The notes beneath the pieces are model-generated. The model was given only the letters and a program-made list of their open reading frames with translations. It did not search any database and was not told where the DNA came from. Shown here in pieces: positions 35,850 to 40,834 of a DNA stretch of 40,834 nt. A program made the position numbers and the translations under genes. Where the stretch lies: contig JAUCBJ010002410.1 in the NCBI GenBank assembly GCA_032718475.1, positions 1-40,834 of the forward strand, read 5' to 3'. Within the stretch, counting starts at the first letter, position 1; each line of letters opens with the position of its first letter. The stretch comes from Nemertoderma westbladi (Eukaryota; Animalia; Xenacoelomorpha).

Positions 35850-37031
35850 TGTTCGCGCTTTCAGACCTTTGGCAGTTTAACCCGCCAAATTAGGATGTCT
35901 TCTAGATAATAAATCACTTTTAGTCTATGACAAGTATTTAATTCACTACACTAGTCGAAACCAATCTGTGCGCGATCATTCACCCGCTGGATATACCCGG
36001 GAGATTGGGTTCGACGGCTTAATTTTATTGCTATGTAAGCCTAATGTATTATTCGACTGACAGTATTATATAATCTCTGACAATATTATTCACCTTCGGG
36101 AAATATTAACAGTTCCTTTAGGACGTGGCGCTCTATCTATATAAACAGAGTTATGACTTAAACTACTCACAACGATATGGCTTAGTTATAATTCACATAT
36201 ATGGCGCATTCTTTAGGAAATGCTTCGTTATCAGGTTCACTCATACACAATGCTGCACAATACTGCACACTGATCTGCCGATCTTCACTGATTTTAGTTA
36301 TATATAAAAGGAACACGGACCGACTCATGTAGGGTCTATCAAATAACATTAGATTCACTTCAAACCACTTTAACATAAGTCACAATCGTTATATGTAACC
36401 TTTCTCTCTTACCTTCGGTATATCAAGAATATTGGGTTTCGGGGTTATTTATCGTTATTCCAAATATAATAATTCATCAACCATATTATGAAGAACTGAC
36501 AGTAAATAGCAGTATAACAATATAAAAGTATGCACAGTGATTCAGTGTGTGTTAAGTTCATTAGTTTGGTTTGGATTGGTTTGATAACCAGTTTGTTATG
36601 TTATGATAACGGATATATGTCCTTATAATTAAGCCTACTAGTGTTCGACTAAAACAGAAAAGCACAAAATATTTACAAGCCGTTCTCTCCTGGCTCAGGA
36701 CAGAAAGACCAACAACACTGAAAACTGATAAGAATAACCTTATTTACAAAGGCTTCCACCCAACACAGAGAAAGAGCATACAGATAGGAAAATTCAGTTC
36801 AGTAGATCTGTGATAGGTCGAAATCAAAATCAACTCAAATCCTATTGGCAGATACTTTCCCAAGCTGGTTGGACAATCAAACGTAGCCCAGATCCCTTCG
36901 CACAGCGAATCAGCCAATCAGCCGGTAGCTTGCGCTATTCGAGTTATAGATCCCCTTTTAGAGTATTCAGCGCCTGGGGGGGAACTGGTTAACAAGGCAA
37001 ACGAATCAGTTATCCCACAAAAGCTTTTACA
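35850..37031 (-). repeat. 5' LTR of element 3
   Basis: Repeat of 24296-25477, flanked by the TSD TAGGC. Confidence 0.96.
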
Positions 37032-38782
37032 TAGGCCTACCGTCTTATGGTACATGTATGTATGTATATGTGTTGTGTATGCCTAGGTGTAGGTGTAGAC
37101 GTAGAGTTAACGCCGTAAAAAGAACTGTTTTTTGGGTTTATTATATGATTTAATCTAATTTTAAGCCGCTCCCGCTGCAGACCTCATGTCGAATGTCTCT
37201 AGAAGAAGGTGGCATAAAGCATGATAACATGTTTATCAGCTTATAAAAACTGAAAGGACTCACACCGACCAACTACACTCTTGGATACAACAATAATTAT
37301 CGCAACAAATTTATTTTCCCACTAAAAATAACCGTTTGTCCACTAAATTTTCGTTCACAAAAAATAATTATTTATAATATAATTGAAAACTATTTAACAT
37401 TAGATTTCCCCAAAAAATAATTTTGTTTGGACTTTTTTAATTTTGTATCCGCCAAATTTAATGAATCATATTTCACTAAAAATCATTTAAAATTTAATTA
37501 AGAATTAGTTCCACCAATTTTAATATCTTTTCACTAAATATAATCACGTCTCCTTTCACATTATGTTCCACTGCTGCATTAAATGTTCGTGCCATTAGGT
37601 CCTTTGGTCAGTAGAGCTTCGTTAATTGTGACAGGTCTTACTTCCACATGGAACATAATGCGCGAAACCCAAACTGACAGCCCTGACAATGCAAGGCAAT
37701 CAATACCAAGCCTAACAATATTTTATGTAGTATTTAGTGATGATATGTGATGTCATGATACTTAGTGATTATTTTTTTACATAAAATATGATTATGATTA
37801 TGTTTAGTTTAGTGATTAGTGAACAAGCAATGGCCGCCTCATATTCTCAGGATTGTGAGAATTTGAGTCAAAAATCCAAAATAAAAGTATCACCTTTATT
37901 GAAACTAAACTTAAAAACACTGTGTTATAGAAGTTTTATATCAAACCATAACTCCGTTCCCTATGTGTTTCTCTGAAGATGCTATAGCAACAACCACTTG
38001 CATGAATCTAATTATCTTATCCAACGCACCAATCGCATGCTGGTACAGTACATGCAAATTTCTCTTGATGTTGATCGTAAATTGTGGGGTGAGCCACGAA
38101 GTTGGCGGAGCTTTAGCGAACTGACAATGTTAGGGGGTGGGTTCAATGTTTGCATATAGTTGTTGTCGCCGTCGTTGTCCTTTCAAATTTTTATATGCTA
38201 ATAACTTTGTCGGATTTAAAGCGGTCGAGCTGAAAATTTGTGGACAGTTCAATGAGAGCGCCAACTTAGAAAGGTGTTATTATAAATTAAAGATGTGAGA
38301 CTAGTACGTTGTACGTTGTATACCTAGGATTATTTTAACTAAACCTTCTATACACTACAGGTTGATTTTCTGGTAAAGGGCGTGATGTAGCAGATTCTAC
38401 TTAATTAAACAGTTAATTCCATATACTGTTTTTTGGCACTCCGCTCACAAACACCTCATTTCTGAAATACATAAATGCACTAATTACAAACTGTAGTAGT
38501 AATTAGTTGGTTTCATGTGTACTGTGTATGTATCCCATTCTATCTGCAGTACGATAAAATTGGAACTCTTTACAGCTATAGTTGAAGTTTGAGTTATTTA
38601 TTGAGTAATTTAAACTTTTAGATTAATATATAATTAAATATGCTACAAAACCTTTAAATTCAACAAAAAAGGTATCTGTTATTTTTGAAATTTTTCCAAT
38701 TTTAAATTTGCTACTTTTGACAATTTTGACATAATAATATAATCAAATAATAAATCATATAATAAAATAATCAAAAAAAGTC

Positions 38783-39373
38783 ATTTTCGCTTTCATTCTT
38801 TAGCTACAGGCGTTTAAAAAATGCCTCTCCTCCTGAGAAATTTTACCATTCACACTGCAGTTATTCTTCACCCTTATAGCAATTTGTTTGTACTATTAAA
38901 TAGCTGCTGTGAAAGGATTCCAAATATGTATCATAATCTAAATTTCGTCTTAAAAAATAGCAGAGATATGAGCGATTAAAACTTACATGGTTTTGCATAT
39001 AAGTGAGGCCATTTTATTCTATTTAATAAAATACACCATAATATTCTGGAAAATTTTGGTAATGCATAAGTAGCTACGTAATAATATGATTAAAGAGATT
39101 TTGGATTGATAGAGATTGATAGAGATTTTAGATTTTGGATTGATAGAGATTGATAGAGATTTTAGATTTTGGATCTTGCAACATTTGAACGCTCATATCT
39201 CAGGTATTTCCCAACCAAATTCAAATGTTTTTACATATTTCGAATACTTGCATGGCCAGCTCTCAAATAGAACCAACAAATCAGTATAAGGGTGAAGAAT
39301 AAATTGTAGCTGGTGAAATTTCGCCAGAAACAGTTTTTTAGAACGCTTGTAGCTAAAGAATGAAAGCGAAAAT
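38783..39373. mobile_element. MITE/foldback-like non-autonomous DNA element (about 590 bp)
   Basis: Perfect 26-bp terminal inverted repeat ATTTTCGCTTTCATTCTTTAGCTACA / TGTAGCTAAAGAATGAAAGCGAAAAT. Internal inverted blocks (TTATTCTTCACCCTTATA; GAGATATGAGCG). No ORF; TSD not resolved. Confidence 0.75.
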
Positions 39374-40169
39374 AAAATTCTGGCTCACCCAGTCAGTGGT
39401 CGGGAGGTGAAACTTCTGTTTCAAATTTCATGTAATTTAATTAGGTTTTGTAGAAAAATGTGGGGGTGGGGGGGGGGTGGGGGGGGGGGGGCATGTACCA
39501 GAATAAAGACACTATATTCCAGGACATGGTGTAATAAGTATCATTTTTCTGATGACGCGTACCCCACTCCAAAAATATGTTTTTTTAGAAATCTTTAAAT
39601 TTTGATTTCAATTAATAAAATTTCATTAAACTCACTTTCCGCACCATGAAGCATGAACACATACGTTGTCTCATGATCATATGCGCTATGACACACATGT
39701 TTTGTCATGACCTAAATGGCTTCTTATGGGTGTTGTGTATCTAGCGCCCAGTAAATCGCTTATAAATGTTATTCAGCGCTTATACGCATTCGACCTACCA
39801 GTAGGCCTACCGGTGGTACCGGTATGCAGATCAGTATTACAGCTGTATGAGGTAGGCAATCAGCAGGTAGGTGTATAGCGTACTCATGGTTTTAGAGAAT
39901 ACTAGTGATTCAATGTATTAAAGATTCCACTAGGTGGTGTTAGCGATGTAAAAGTTTGATTCTTTGCCAAGTTGTGTAGTAGCTATTCAATGGTATATTG
40001 TTTTTCCTATTGTTGTTGTGGAATTAACCTATCTATATATTATTGCAAGTATTCAATATGTAAGTTAATTAAATTGTTTTCAAGCTAATAAATTTATCCT
40101 TTTATTTTATACATAATTTGTGATCAAAGAGATAAGATCACTAAAGGCCTACGTAACCGGTACCTGTTG

Positions 40170-40834
40170 TACTACTACTAGGATCGGCATGCTGCATTGC
40201 AGCTGCATTTTTAAGAATGCTGTGCCGGCTTATTGACAAAATTGCACCGCCACAACTCCCTATCACCCATGACATTTGCCAGATCATCCGCATCTTCAAG
40301 GCCAGTGTCCTTTAAGATGCGGTCCTTTAATGATGATGGGGTGATGATAACTCCACCTACTGGCTCCAGAAGTCGAGGAAATCCTGTCAAGTACCTATCT
40401 GATCTAGACTTTGCTGATGACTTAGGAGTACTCTCAGAATCACTAGAGGGAGCCCAACGGCTCCTCCGCTCATTATAACATGCTGCTTCTAGTGTTGGTC
40501 TTTTTATTAACTCCAGAAAGACCAAAATTTTGACAGTTAACTTTGAAAGTCCTCAGCAAGCTCTGATCGGATGAGCATAAGCTCAAAAGATGGTATGCTT
40601 GAGCATGTGGATGACTTCTGTTACCTGGGATCATGGATCCGGAAGTCAGGTGAGGTCCTTCGAATACGTAAGGGAAAGGCATGGGCAGCCTTGAATAGGA
40701 TTTCCAGGATTTGGAAGTCACCGAGAATTAATCGGAAACTTAAGGTCCGGTTATTTAGAGCAGCAGTAGTTCCAGTACTCCTCTATGGGAGTCCATGCTG
40801 GGCTCTAACTGCTGAGATCACGAAATCTCTGGAT
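40170..40834. mobile_element. Second RTE-like LINE family: 3' end on the minus strand joined to an RT segment on the plus strand
   Basis: Minus strand 40170-40316: LKDTGLEDADDLANVMGDRELWR plus a short (TAG)n tail. Plus strand 40317-40834: MR...DLDFADDL...YLGSW...LFRAAV.PVLLYG. Confidence 0.75.

Larger units (their letters stand above)
24296..37031 (-). mobile_element. Full-length non-autonomous BEL/Pao LTR element (element 3, 12.7 kb)
   Basis: Two 1182-bp LTRs (TG...CA) and a 5-bp TSD TAGGC (24291-24295 and 37032-37036). PPT-like GGGAGCGG on the minus strand at 25478-25485; gag-protease ORF on the minus strand. Confidence 0.96.

Noticed and set aside
40211-40525. 104-aa minus-strand ORF as a novel gene
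   Set aside because: It is a chimera of antisense RT sequence and the LINE C-terminus across the inversion junction.

Overview
This is a eukaryotic (probably invertebrate animal), retroelement-dense window. Its only host gene is one coding exon (TM1-TM6) of a divergent aminergic/muscarinic-like class A GPCR on the minus strand. The rest holds three BEL/Pao LTR retrotransposons, several non-LTR (RTE-like and CR1/L2-group) copies, a MITE-like palindrome, minisatellites and an old inverted duplication. Element 1 is a decayed pol plus 3' LTR (18-4302). Elements 2 (9172-15598, +) and 3 (24296-37031, -) are full-length with 5-bp TSDs; they keep gag but lack a recognisable RT. The main observation is that neither complete element has a tRNA-type (TGG...) primer-binding site. 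Instead, the 9 nt and 11 nt directly after each 5' LTR are perfectly complementary to a segment inside that element's own LTR, in the geometry needed for Tf1-like self-primed reverse transcription. I know this mechanism from Ty3/gypsy chromoviruses but not from BEL/Pao. All alignments were made by eye; no database searches were run.
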